DNA from: Amoebidium appalachense
Taxonomy: Eukaryota; Protista; Ichthyosporea
NCBI GenBank assembly: GCA_963693365.1
Contig: CAVNZM010000010.1
Coordinates: 9,010,554 to 9,074,553, forward strand
DNA length: 64,000 nucleotides
Direction of reading: 5' to 3'
A model generated the notes under the pieces. The model searched no databases. It had not been told where the DNA came from and saw only the letters and a program-made list of their open reading frames with translations. Numbering within the stretch: position 1 is the first letter of the stretch; each line of letters opens with the position of its first letter. Below are positions 18,341-29,938 of the stretch, piece after piece. A program made the translations under genes and the position numbers.

Positions 18341-18464
18341 ATATAGAATTTACCGTCCTCATCCCCGTGTCCCCCTAAACCGGTGTTAGCGGACCTTTGA
18401 GGTTTTTGTGATTGGATTGGTAGTTCTATTACATTAAAATTTTCAAAATGTCGTTGTACCAATG

Positions 18465-19225
18465 ATATAATACGTTGTAAAACAAATGTCGCCGAATTTC
18501 TCTAAAAAAAGTGCGTTCCATTCTGGGTTAGAAACCCAAACCGTTTTGATACGGGAATCACCTGATCTCTGCCGTCATTCAGCCCAGCGCGTTCACAGTG
18601 AATCCGAAACCGCTGGTTTTTTTCTTTTTATTTCAAAGCCCCGAGTATGTACATCCTCTCGGGCCCAACTTTACGGCACTATATTTCAATTTTCTCATTA
18701 TCAAATATATAGTTATTTTAGGCTTTTTCATTAGTATCGCAAGAATATTTAGCGATTTTGATGTCATAAAAACAACTAAGCAACGTTTCGATGGTTTTTG
18801 ATGCCTCACAAAATGGCATTAGGTCCCCTCCAAATTCCGGATTTGAGGTCCGGCACTAAAAAAGGTGCGTTCCATTCTGGGTTAGAAACGAAAACCGTTT
18901 TGATACGGGAATCACCTGATCTCTGCCGTCATTCAGCCCAGCGCGTTCACAGTAGACTCCGAAACCGCTGGTTTTTTTCTTTTTATTTCAAAGCCCCGAG
19001 TACGTACATCCTCTCGGGCCCAACTTTACGGCACTATATTTCAATTTTCTCATTATCAAATATATAGTTATTTTAGGCTTTTTCATTAGTATCGCAAGAA
19101 TATTTAGCGATTTTGATGTCATAAAAACAACTAAGCAACGTTTCGATGGTGTTTGATGCCTCACAAAATGGCCTTTGGTCCCCTCCAAATTCCGGATTTG
19201 AGGTCCGGCAAACAACGCATTATAT
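18465..19225. mobile_element. Putative non-autonomous TIR element containing a ~354-bp tandem duplication
   Basis: Near-identical direct units at ~18502-18855 and ~18856-19210. They are bracketed by 14-bp inverted repeats ATATAATACGTTGT (18465-18478) and ACAACGCATTATAT (19212-19225), with one mismatch. Confidence 0.55.
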
Positions 19226-19388
19226 ATATTGTTAATTCAATGTGTGCTACAGTACTGTTTTGTTGCTTCACCAAATGGCACCAGGCACCAGGCTCTGAAT
19301 GCCATACCTAAATTAACGTGCGTGTGATGCTTGGTTTAGAAATCGGTCAAGTAGCTATGTATACAAAACAGCATCACGGTTGGACGCA

Positions 19389-22300
19389 TGTAAACAGTTG
19401 GACTAGTTAGGATAAGGCAGAGTACAACTGAATCAAAATAAAGACAGAGAACGGGTAGAAAGGCACACGCGGCCAGGTTGCTTTTACTATGGGCCGACTC
19501 AGTCTGTCTCAGACTTCACTGATGTGATCCCCGTACTGGGACGGCTTTCTTATATAGCCCCCAGGTTTCGGATCAAGGCCCAGGATTGGTTCATCGCTGG
19601 CCAGCGCGGGTGGCAACATGCCATTCGTGATTCTGGTGCGGTCCGAGCCAGTCAGACCTTTGTCCTATTTATGCAAACCTCTTATTGGTTCACTTCGTTT
19701 ATGTGGTATGCAGCTGAAGAACCATATATGGTTCAATTCTTAGGTCAGAGTGAGTCCTATTGGTGCGGACATAATATTTATGTGATATTCATGACAAAGC
19801 ACGAATCGTGTGCTAGTAGATCACATTCTTTAGTAAACATGTACAGTTCATGTGTACAGTTGTTTACACTCCCCCCCTTGTCGGGAGCCTGGTGGTGTCG
19901 TTAGACAAGCAAACCACCAGGCTGAGAGGCGATAAACAACCTTCAGCGAGAATTCTTGTGTGTGCCGAGCTGCTGGACAGAACAGAGCAAGGACGGTGGA
20001 ATAGAGTTGTGCACGTCTATGAGCACTTCTTCATTTGCCAAAACGTAAATTCATGCAGCATTCTTCTGTGATTTCATTTTCGTGGCGAAGATTGTTGCAG
20101 AGTGTGCGTGCGAATAATTCGCTAAGCCTTCGTCTCTGTGCTTGGCTTTTCTGTAGAAGTAGTATTTTCCTTTTTGGGAATTTTTCCTTTTTAGGATACT
20201 CCCGCAGATTCGTTTTCAATTGCGAGTAATTTGGTTGTGTGGATGAATGATCATACCAAACATTCGATAATGAATATAACTCGAGCCTTAGGTCACTTCG
20301 TAGCTCAGGTAGTGGTGGATAGCTTCAAGGCTTAGCCGCTGCTCCTTATCCCGGTTCTACCTTAAGACTGTAAGGCGAGTCACCATGGCCGGAAAAGCCA
20401 CTTCTTTCATGAACAAAGAGCACTTCTTTCCTTTCAGCTTTAACCCTGCATCATCGGAGCTGGGAAAAACAGAATAAAAATGCCCAAGTGTTCTTCGTTG
20501 GGCGACATAAAGAAATATATCACCCGTCAGAACCAGTAAAAGCCCGGTTCATAATTCATAAGAAGAGGGTAGGCAAAGCAAACCTCCTTCAGAAAACACA
20601 TGCTTCCATTCGTGAGCAGTTTTCGTATCCCATTTGCCAGCCATTTTCGTTGAGCAGGGGGATTCCAGGCATAATACATTCTTCTGGAGGCTTGGCCTAA
20701 AAAGAAAAGTCGTCGGAGTCGCCCTTTCTTTTGTAAGCAACTTCGTGAGCGCGCTTCGTGTTTTCATATCCTCCAGTGCAGGTCTGGATGGTGCCCCATC
20801 CTCTGCTTCATTTGTAGGTGGCCCTACTGTAGGTTCTGTTCGTTGTGTGGAATACCAAAACCATTCGTATTCGTGGAACTGCTTTGTGCTGTGCTTTCTT
20901 TCGTGTTGGTGTTCATGAAGTTACCCCGTTCACACACCCTACTTCTTACATACATTAGATGTAAGTAGCTGCCTGGTGAGTGTGTGGTTCGTGTTCGTGG
21001 CATTCTTCTGTTCCTTCGTGAGAAGAATATTCGTTTTAGCAGAGGTGCCCAATAAGGCAGCTTGTGGGGTTGTCTCTCGCATGTGCCCATTGGTGGGGTA
21101 TGCACGTGCTAAATTGTTACAGTGTCATCATATTGCAAGGGAATAACATGGTCACCTCCGTACCAGGGCCTAGTAGGTACACATGATGGTCCGATGTGTT
21201 AGTCAACAACACCTTGCATTCGTATTCGTATTTGTCTTCCACGTCACTTTCTTCAGTAGTGAAGGAGGGTATTCGTAATTCGAAACTGAAAGGCTTCCAG
21301 CCAAAATACTGACACTGTATGATGGGGTTGTGAGGGAGCGGTGCCCATACCACATTCTTTTGTTCTGGTGGGGGTGTGCCGGCAGCTAGTGCAAGGCTTG
21401 ACAGTGTAATTGGTATGTTACACCGTATTGCCACAGACGGGCATTCACCTTAAAATTCGTACCCAACACCTTCTTTGTTTTTCACATGCATGAACAAAAG
21501 TTCTGCATCGACTTTATTACATGCCTTTTGTGCACCAAGAGTGCAAATTCGTTAGGGCGTGGCACCAGGAAGGGCCGCCATACATGAGTCAGGCATATGT
21601 TCGTAATGTGTTTAGGCATGCCAGCATACATTCATGCGCATGTTGTGCATCCTGGGCGCTAAACTATGGGGCATGCTGTATTCGAGAACAGCAAGGGATT
21701 CGAAGCATGCATGCAACACTACTTTCATAAGATCTTAGGTCCTACATGCTATAGCAACAGCGACTATCTTCTTCGTTAAGTGCATTTGTGCTGAAAGTGG
21801 CCGTGCATCTGGCTTGCGAGTGTGGACGTGCATGCGGTGGCATGGACACGATGGCAGTGTGCAATAGGGCAATGCACGCAAGGGCAACGGTTTTATTTTC
21901 TTCCTAACATAGAGGGGGCTGTGTGCATTGCAACCCAAGCAGTGTTGTGCATTCGTCCTTTCATTTTCGTATTTCCAGTTCATTTTGCTTTCGTTTTTCG
22001 TTTTTTGTCGTTTGATAACTTCGTTACTTCGTTTTGTTTTCGTGTTGCATTCATTTCGTATTTCCTCTATGCAATCGTTTGTCGTTAATTCTTTATTTCA
22101 TTGCGTATTCGTGATGGTTCGTTTTTCGTTGGTTCATTGCTTCGTTAGCAATTCTTTATTCGTTTGTTCGTGTATTCGTTGTTTCGTTGTGTATTCGTTT
22201 TTCTTCACATTTTTGATGTGTCGTAGCAAAAGAAGTTTTACATGCTTTCAATTCTTTCCGTGTAGGTGGGCTGGCCACTTCAAACTTGTAGGTGTATATA

Positions 22301-22941
22301 TTCTAAGCCGGACAAGGAAAGATGTGCCTATCATCGGGGTAAAAAGGATTGTGATCGGCCATGGGAGATTCTTGAGCTGATTGAAAGATGTGAGATTCTT
22401 GAACTGATTGAAAGATGTGAGATTCGAAGGATGCGAGATTCTTGAACTGCGCGGTCGCCAATGTAAACAGTTGGACTAGTTAGGATAAGGCAGAGTACAA
22501 CTGAATCAAAATAAAGACAGAGAACGGGTAGAAAGGCACACGCGGCCAGGTTGCTTTTACTATGGGCCGACTCAGTCTGTCTCAGACTTCACTGATGTGA
22601 TCCCCGTACTGGGACGGCTTTCTTATATAGCCCCCAGGTTTCGGATCAAGGCCCAGGATTGGTTCATCCGCGGCCAGCGCGGGTGGCAACATGCCATTCG
22701 TGATTCTGGTGCGGTCCGAGCCAGTCAGACCTTTGTCCTATTTATGCAAACCTCTTATTGGTTCACTTCGTTTATGTGGTATGCAGCTGAAGAACCATAT
22801 ATGGTTCAATTCTTAGGTCAGAGTGAGTCCTATTGGTGCGGACATAATATTTATGTGATATTCATGACAAAGCACGAATCGTGTGCTAGTAGATCACATT
22901 CTTTAGTAAACATGTACAGTTCATGTGTACAGTTGTTTACA
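19389..22941 (-). mobile_element. Young non-autonomous LTR retroelement (Ty3/Gypsy-like PBS)
   Basis: 480-bp LTRs at 19389-19868 and 22462-22941 with TGTAAACA...TGTTTACA termini; the only difference I could see is one 3-nt patch. 5-bp TSD ACGCA on both sides. PBS TGGCGACCGCGC (minus strand, 22449-22460) and polypurine tract AAGGGGGGGAG (minus strand, 19869-19879). The 2.6-kb interior has no intact gag or pol. Confidence 0.95.
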
Positions 22942-22996
22942 ACGCATACTGGCCATATAACACTGTATGTACAAGATGTTTACAGATCTTTGCCAT

Positions 22997-23680
22997 CTAC
23001 AGCAGCAGGCAGGCCAGCAGTGCGGCCAGACCAGCCAAGGCGCTGCCGCCTGTGCGTGCTGCAGCCGAGCCCTTGGCGGAGGTCTGTGCTGCTGCGGGGG
23101 CCTGGATCGTGGGTGCCACATTGGTGGTGTTTGCGGCGGCCACGTTGATAACACCGCTAGTGGCAGGAGCCGCAGTGGTGGTGGGCTTGACGGCAGCGCT
23201 GGTCTCAATGCGGCCTGGTCCGGCCGCAACAGTGGTCACTGCGGCCTTGGTGGCGGCAGCTGTGGTTGCGGGCTTGGTAGTAGTCTTGGCAGCGGCCGTG
23301 GTGGGGGCAGTGGCGGTACCGGTGGCGTTGGCCATGGTGAACTTGACTTAGGCATCGACACCCATCACCTTGTCGATGGGCCCAAGGCAGTCGCCAAGAG
23401 CGCCCTTGACGGCCCACTGTGCCTCCTCCTTTGTGCAGGCCGCGTCGCTGTAGCGCTTGACGCTGACCTTCTTGGTTGCTGCGTCCAGGGTGGTGCGGTA
23501 GTACCAGTTGACAAGCGTGCTGGGTGCCCGCGCGCACACGTCGAACGTAAAGGTGCCACAGGCATCGTTAACCGGCGCAAGAATGGCGCAGCCAGGGGCG
23601 ATGTACGCGCACACCTGCCCACTGGTGGCTGCGTTGGCCAGGCCGGCAGAAAGGAGAACGAAGGCGGCGGCAGTCTTCAT
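22997..23680 (-). CDS. Intronless secreted/GPI-anchored surface protein (signal peptide, 6-Cys domain, Thr/Ala stalk, GPI signal) interrupted by one in-frame TAA
   Basis: Kozak GCCACCATG, then MKTAAAFVLLSAGLANA and a Cys domain to ...MGVDA. TAA at 23348-23350. The same frame continues VKFTMANATGT...SAAARTGGSALAGLAALLACLLL to TAG. Confidence 0.8.
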
Positions 23681-24460
23681 GGTGGCGCGTGTGTGTGTGC
23701 CTGACGTACTTGTTGTGTGGACTAGGAGTGTGCTGGCTTTTGTGGGCATCGCATGGTGGGCATCGCCATGATGGGCAAAAAACAGACGTGGACTCAGGTG
23801 GTTCGGTGAGGGAGCGGGGGCAAAAGCGACTCGCCCATAATAATGCGCGCCCCCACGTTCCATTTTGACGTGGGCTATCATATGCATCGGAGAATAAAGT
23901 TAGTCCGTTATAAATGTATAATATTCAACGAAAAAATATATTTTTGGTAAAGTTCTATTGTTTAATGATTTTGTTCAGGAAAACATGTGGTATTCCCTAC
24001 CCACCTTCCTACAAAACAGTACACAATCACATTCGAATTCAGTGATATACATTTGCAGTGGCACGCCGCACCACTGGTGACATCACGTACGAACAAATTT
24101 GCCCCCTTCCACGAGAGATCGTCGTACATTATGATTGGCTTAAAATGTACCACAATCTCAAAACTCATGTGCGAAACCTATTTTTGATTGGCTGTAGATA
24201 CAGCGCCTCCTCTAACTGGTTTTTATATTTAGTCCATGTTCGGGCCAGAGTTCGGGCCGTTTGTTTGATCATTCATGCCATTTCATGGTGGCATGCCGCA
24301 TCGTGCCCACTATCAGTGAACATTTGTTGGTGCACAACTTCGGGGTTCTACCCGACCGGCGACCGCTCAGCGCTGGCTCGAGCTCGGCTAATATTAGCAC
24401 AAATTGGCAGTGCCGCTCCGTGTTTTTTGTTATTATATATTGCGCGCCGTTCACGTTGCT

Positions 24461-24544
24461 ATGGCCACCAACCAGGCTCCGGGACTTATGTCCCTTCCCG
24501 ACGAGCTACTGGTGCACATCCTGGCCCTCGGTGCCCCCCCCCCA

Positions 24545-24576
<32 letters not shown>

Positions 24577-24853
24577 ACTCTCCCCCAACCCTTCCCCCCC
24601 CCTCCCTCTTCCTTCTACACTCCTTCTTCTCCTGCAAACGCCAAGGAAAAGTTAGGGAAGAAGGGTGAACGTTAGATTGAGTTCCCTCCTCTCCTCACTC
24701 TGAGACTCAACTTGCTTCCCCCTCATGGATCTCAACCTCCTCTTTTCCGAAAGTTTTTTGATCACCCCTTACCCAATGGTCCCGCTTCCACTCTCATCTC
24801 TCCAACATACGCACTATATTGCAACCTATCTCCTCCACCTCGTCATATTCCCT

Positions 24854-24948
<95 letters not shown>

Positions 24949-25715
24949 TCCCTCTCCCTCTCCCTCTCCCTCTCCCTCTCCCTCTCCCTCTCCCTCTCCC
25001 TCTCCCTCTCCCTCTCCCTCTCCCTCTCCCTCTCCCTCTCCCTCTCCCTCTCCCTCTCCCTCCTCCCTCTCCCTCTCCCTCTCCCTCTCCCTCTCCCTCT
25101 CCCCCTCCCCCTCCCCCCTCCCCCTCCCTCTCCCTCTCCCTCTCCCTCTCTCCCTCTCTCCCTCTCTCCCTCCCTCTCTCCCTCTCTCCCTCTCTCCCTC
25201 TCTCCCTCTCTCTCCCTCTCTCTCTCTCCCTCTCTCTCTCTCCCTTTCCCCCCCCCTCCCCCGTCCCCCCTCCCTCTCCGCCTCCCCCTCCCCCCCCCCC
25301 CCCCCCCCCCCCGCCGCATCTCCCCTCCTTCTCTCTCTCTTCCCCTCTCCCCCCCCCCCCCCTCTCTCTCCCCCCCCCTCCTTCCCCCCCCCCCTTTCTC
25401 TCTCGCACTCTCTCTCCCCTCCCTGCCTCGCTCCCTTCCTCTCCCCCCCTCCCCCTTCCCTCCCTCCCTCCCTTCACTCCCTCTCCCTCCCTCCCCCTCC
25501 CCCCCCCCTCCCCCTCCCCTCCCCCTTCTCTCTATCTTTCCCTCCCCTCCCCCCCCCCCTCTCTCTCTCCCCTCCCTCCCCCTTCCCTCTCTCCATCCAC
25601 AGTCAACGCTCGTCTCCCTCTCTTCCCCTCTTTTTCCTTACTCCCCTCTCCCCCTTCTCTCGTCCGTTCTCTCTCTCCCCCCCCCGCCCCCGGCCCCGCC
25701 CCCCCCCCCCCACTC

Positions 25716-25755
<40 letters not shown>

Positions 25756-26621
25756 GTCCCTCTCACGCTTCTGCACTGCAATAGCTTCCGTTTCCTAGTA
25801 CCCCCTCCCCTCCCCCCACCCCTCCTCCTCCCATTCCTCTGCTGCTTTTTGCCCAACCTCAACCCATGTCCTCGTTCCCTACCCAAAACAGGCATGTGCA
25901 CCCTTATCTTTACCGTTTCCTCCCACATCATCCCTCGAGCTCATATTGTTCAAAATAAACTCCGGATATCGGACCATTTTCGTTATGTACTTCTCCCCTT
26001 TTTTCTTATGCTAGTGCAATGAATGATTTTTTGGCATGCACAGCAGGGCATACGCAGAAGCACACAGCAGAGAAGAGTGGAAAGGGAGGAGAGATATGCT
26101 GGTGGCTCGGGAACTTCGAAGGGTGGGGCAGGGGAGGGGAAAAGGGGGGGGAAGTGGGGGACAAGGGGATGGGGAGGGGAGGGGGGTAGGGGGGGGCTAC
26201 AGGCACGCAAACTTCATTGGTGAGACCATGTGTTTTTCGTTGCATTTGCTTCTGCGTGGGTGCTTGTACGGTACCACCAATCGGGACATTACCCCCCTCC
26301 CTCTCCCCCTCTCCCCCCCGCTCCCCTTTCTCTTCTAATAGACATCCGTTTACGCATATTTCCAAGAACACAGTCACACACCGGCACACACACACAACAA
26401 TAAAAGGGAAGAAAAAAAAAAGAAAAAGAAGGCGAAGAAAGTAAAGAAGGAAAAAGGAAGCAAGGCAAAGAAAGTTCGGACGTACACATATGCATACATA
26501 GGGGCACACACACATATGCACTCATCCACTTACAATCACCCTCCCTCAGAGTCTCCCACATATATACACATTCATTGACACGCACACATGCGTGCGCGTG
26601 CGCGCATGTGCCGCACACGCG

Positions 26622-26663
<42 letters not shown>

Positions 26664-27494
26664 GCCACCCCCCAGCCAGTGGGCCAAGGTCTGCCTCCGC
26701 TTTGAGTCTTTAGCCCTTCCTGTGCGCCGTGAGAGGTGTCGTCGTGCCATGACGTCACAGCTGCTCAGAAACCCAGCACTGGTAGTCACGGGGGGCCAAA
26801 TCGAGTCCCCCCTGCTGGACCCACCAGAGGGGGTTGCATCAAAGTACGACGTGAAGAAATAGCGGGTCTGGTGGGGGAGATAGAGGCATTGGTGTTTGTG
26901 GCCCATTACGGCCAGGGGGGTGGGGGCGCTGTCCCTGCCACGGCCAGCACCAAATATGGCAATAGACTGCGGCAGATCCAAACAGCACTCACTAGTAACA
27001 CACGCCTAATGTGTGCCCTCTTAAGGCATGTGAGGGGTGAGGACGGAGTGGTGACGGGGGTAGGAGAGGGCGAGGGGGAGGGGGAGGGGGATGGGGAGGG
27101 AGGGGAGGGAGGACCGTTGTGGGTTCTGTCAGCCAATCAGCTGCTGGGGCTGTCTGGGGATGAATTGGCCAACGATCGCATACGCCGCCTTAAAGACCAC
27201 TACAGGTAGGGTGTAGGCCCCCTGTTTCTTCGTGATGTACTAGTGAGGTCGCATGGTCAGAGGGAGTGGTCAATGCAGGAGCGAGAATAAGGCATGTCGG
27301 ATCAAATCAGGCATATAAATGCCCGGTCTTTCAGTACGTGATTAGCTGAAGGGTCAGAGGATATTGGGCAAGGTTGGCGGGGCGGTTAGGTGGGTTTGGT
27401 CAGGCAGAGGTAGTGTGGATTTGGTGTTGGTTGCAAGATTGTTTGGGAAGATGGAGTTTGCTTGTGGGCATTTTTTTGTCGTTGTTGTTGGGTG

Positions 27495-27547
<53 letters not shown>

Positions 27548-27710
27548 GGGGGCAAGGGAGGCTCGGAGCAGCTCAGCTCTGGTCCCTGTTTCTCAGCAAA
27601 CCATTGCCTGTTCATCATACTGCATTCATGTGATCACTGTACAAACACAAAGCACCAAAACACACACACACACACACACGGGAACTCATGCGCTCAGATA
27701 CACACACCTC

Positions 27711-27806
<96 letters not shown>

Positions 27807-27945
27807 GCGGCCTGCCTGGAGGCCCGTCTGCGTGAGGGGGAGGACCATGGGATCTTCACCACAGACCTATTTGAGTGTCCTAGGTGCCGCAGCATGCGCA
27901 CCCGCCACTACCAATGGCGCACACAGGTACTACAATGACACAACC

Positions 27946-27981
<36 letters not shown>

Positions 27982-28407
27982 CTGTTCGTCAACGCTTTGT
28001 TGTCCACGTCACCCATATGGTTCCTTGAATTCGGGGTATGGGTGGAGGGATGTGGTTGTGAGTGTCGGTGGGGGGATGGGTGTGGGTGTGGGTCAGGAAT
28101 TTAGGTTTTTTTTTCTTTTTTTCTTTTTTTTTTTTTTGAGGGGGGAGGGGGGGGGGGGGGGGGGGGGGGGGTGTTCACGGCGAGGGCATTGACTGGGGTG
28201 TGTGAGGCCACGGAAGGGCAGGGCTTGCGAATCTTGAAATCATGCTTGTCACCTATAGAATCGATGGTAGTGGGGTGGGGGCCAACCAGGCCATGTGAGC
28301 GGCAGTGGCAGAGTCACGTGACAGCTGGGGGGGTGCAGGGGGGCTGTGGAGATCGAACGTGCCTGATGGTCTACTGTGTGGACTGCACCAGCCAATGGGA
28401 GGCTTAG
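24461..28407 (+). CDS. F-box + TFIIS central domain + TFIIS-type zinc ribbon fusion protein
   Basis: Exons 24461-24530 (F-box LMSLPDELLVHIL), 26663-27205 (WAKVCLRF; KYGNRLRQIQTALTSN; LSANQLLGLSGDELAND), 27806-27926 (TTDLFECPRCRSMRTRHYQWRTQ) and 28339-28407 (GGCGDRTCLMVYCVDCTSQWEA). One frameshift is needed in exon 2 near the G/C homopolymers at ~26790-26812, which may be an assembly error. Confidence 0.75.
24860..25752. repeat. ~900-bp polypyrimidine microsatellite complex: (CT)n, (CTCTCC)n and poly-C
   Basis: Directly visible in intron 1 of the F-box-TFIIS gene. Similar tracts occur at 44732-44900 and 52700-53340. Confidence 0.9.
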
Positions 28408-28672
28408 GTGTTGAACCATAAATGGTATTGTCCGGCGCAAGGTGTTACGTGGATGCTTTGCCACAGAGAGAAATGGTGGCCCCATCTTTTCGGCATTTTC
28501 CTTTTTCCTTTTCTTTCTGTCTTCTATGTCACAATGATTTGTGCCTTCTTTTCTCTCTGTTCTTCCACTATTTCCCCCCATTTTCCTGTGAGGCTCTGTT
28601 TGCCATACTTAAATTTCTTTCTTTTCTTCTGTTGTTTTATTTTTATTCGCTTCCTCCCTCCCCCTCCCCCCC

Positions 28673-28792
<120 letters not shown>

Positions 28793-29595
28793 AGCACACA
28801 AACACACACACACATGCGACACACACACACAGCCCCACCAAAACACCCACCACCACGACGTTTCTCGTCTTCTTCCTTTTTTGTGTTCGCATTAGTCATA
28901 GATTTTGGGTTAGGACACAGGAAGCGATAAGCTTGCGTGAATGACCATCTGGAGACATGGGCATGTGCCAGTGAAGAAGATTTTTTGCACATAGTCAACC
29001 TTATTGTGTGTGTCTGCACGCATGCTCTATGTATTTGTGTGTGTGTGTGTGTGTGTGTGTACACATGTGTGTGTGTGTGTGTACACATGTGTGTGTGTGT
29101 GTACACATGTGTGTGTGTGTGTGTGTGTGTGTGTACAGTACGCCAGGAGAAGCCATCCAGCCTTAATGGGGGGGGGGGGGGGGGGGGGGGGGGGTTAGCT
29201 TATCTTTACATACGAAGTGCATCACGGTGTTCGTTTCATAACCCTGTTGAAAATCAACCAGTGTACATGTTCCAATACTGTACATGTGTTCACACGACTT
29301 CCAAAGTCATGGCTTACACGCATATTTACGTTATAAAAATCGTATTTAAATGAGAAACACACCTAATATCTGCACTCATGATTCTGCATGATCTCGTTAA
29401 ACATCACGTGCAAAGGGGGATGGCCCTGGAGGCTGTGCGCCATGTGAGGGAGCATCCCCTAAACTCTCTAATAATCCCATCTAGGACAAGTGTCAATGTG
29501 TGTGTCGGCCTGTGTGGTTGTGTTGCATCTGTGTATATGTGTGTCTGTGTGTATGCGGTTGCAACATGGGTTTGTGTGTATCCGTGGAGGAAGAA

Positions 29596-29630
<35 letters not shown>

Positions 29631-29938
29631 CTAGAGTAAATCTAAAAGTCATTCTGACAGGTGTTCTACTCATCTCCCGGGATCCCGGCAGTGTGAGAAT
29701 CAAATACGTGTCGACAGACAATTTAATATCCATTGTTAGCTCTGTCTGATGCCCTGATCAAAAAATCATTATTAGAAATTTAACAAATAAATAAAATTAT
29801 AATGTAACAACCAAACCAGCACATAAATATACAACACCCCGGCATACGTATGTGAATAACTGACTGGCTCCTGTCCATATGTACATCGTGCACTGCGGCA
29901 CAACCACAAACCCCACACCCTAGTACTACCAATGCTCA

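Larger units (their letters stand above)
9477..18348 (-). mobile_element. Internally deleted Helitron, with a nested LINE
   Basis: On the minus strand the 3' end has a perfect 8-bp GC hairpin GCGCCGGC-GACA-GCCGGCGC (9490-9509), 9 nt, then CTTG|T (9477-9480). A PIF1-type helicase lies just inside. Candidate 5' end is A|TTCTATATCC followed by (CA)n at 18348. The 3' end is well supported; the 5' end is tentative. Confidence 0.6.

Noticed and set aside
19524-23148. Duplicated ORF MIPVLGRLSYIAPRF... (19524 and 22597)
   Set aside because: It lies inside the two LTRs, antisense to the element, with a GTG start. The duplication reflects LTR identity.
14860-23350. Genome-wide reassignment of TAA to an amino acid
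   Set aside because: TAA terminates other reading frames normally (8200-8202, 17161-17163), and long ORFs such as LINE ORF2 and the PDCD2 exons contain no internal TAA.
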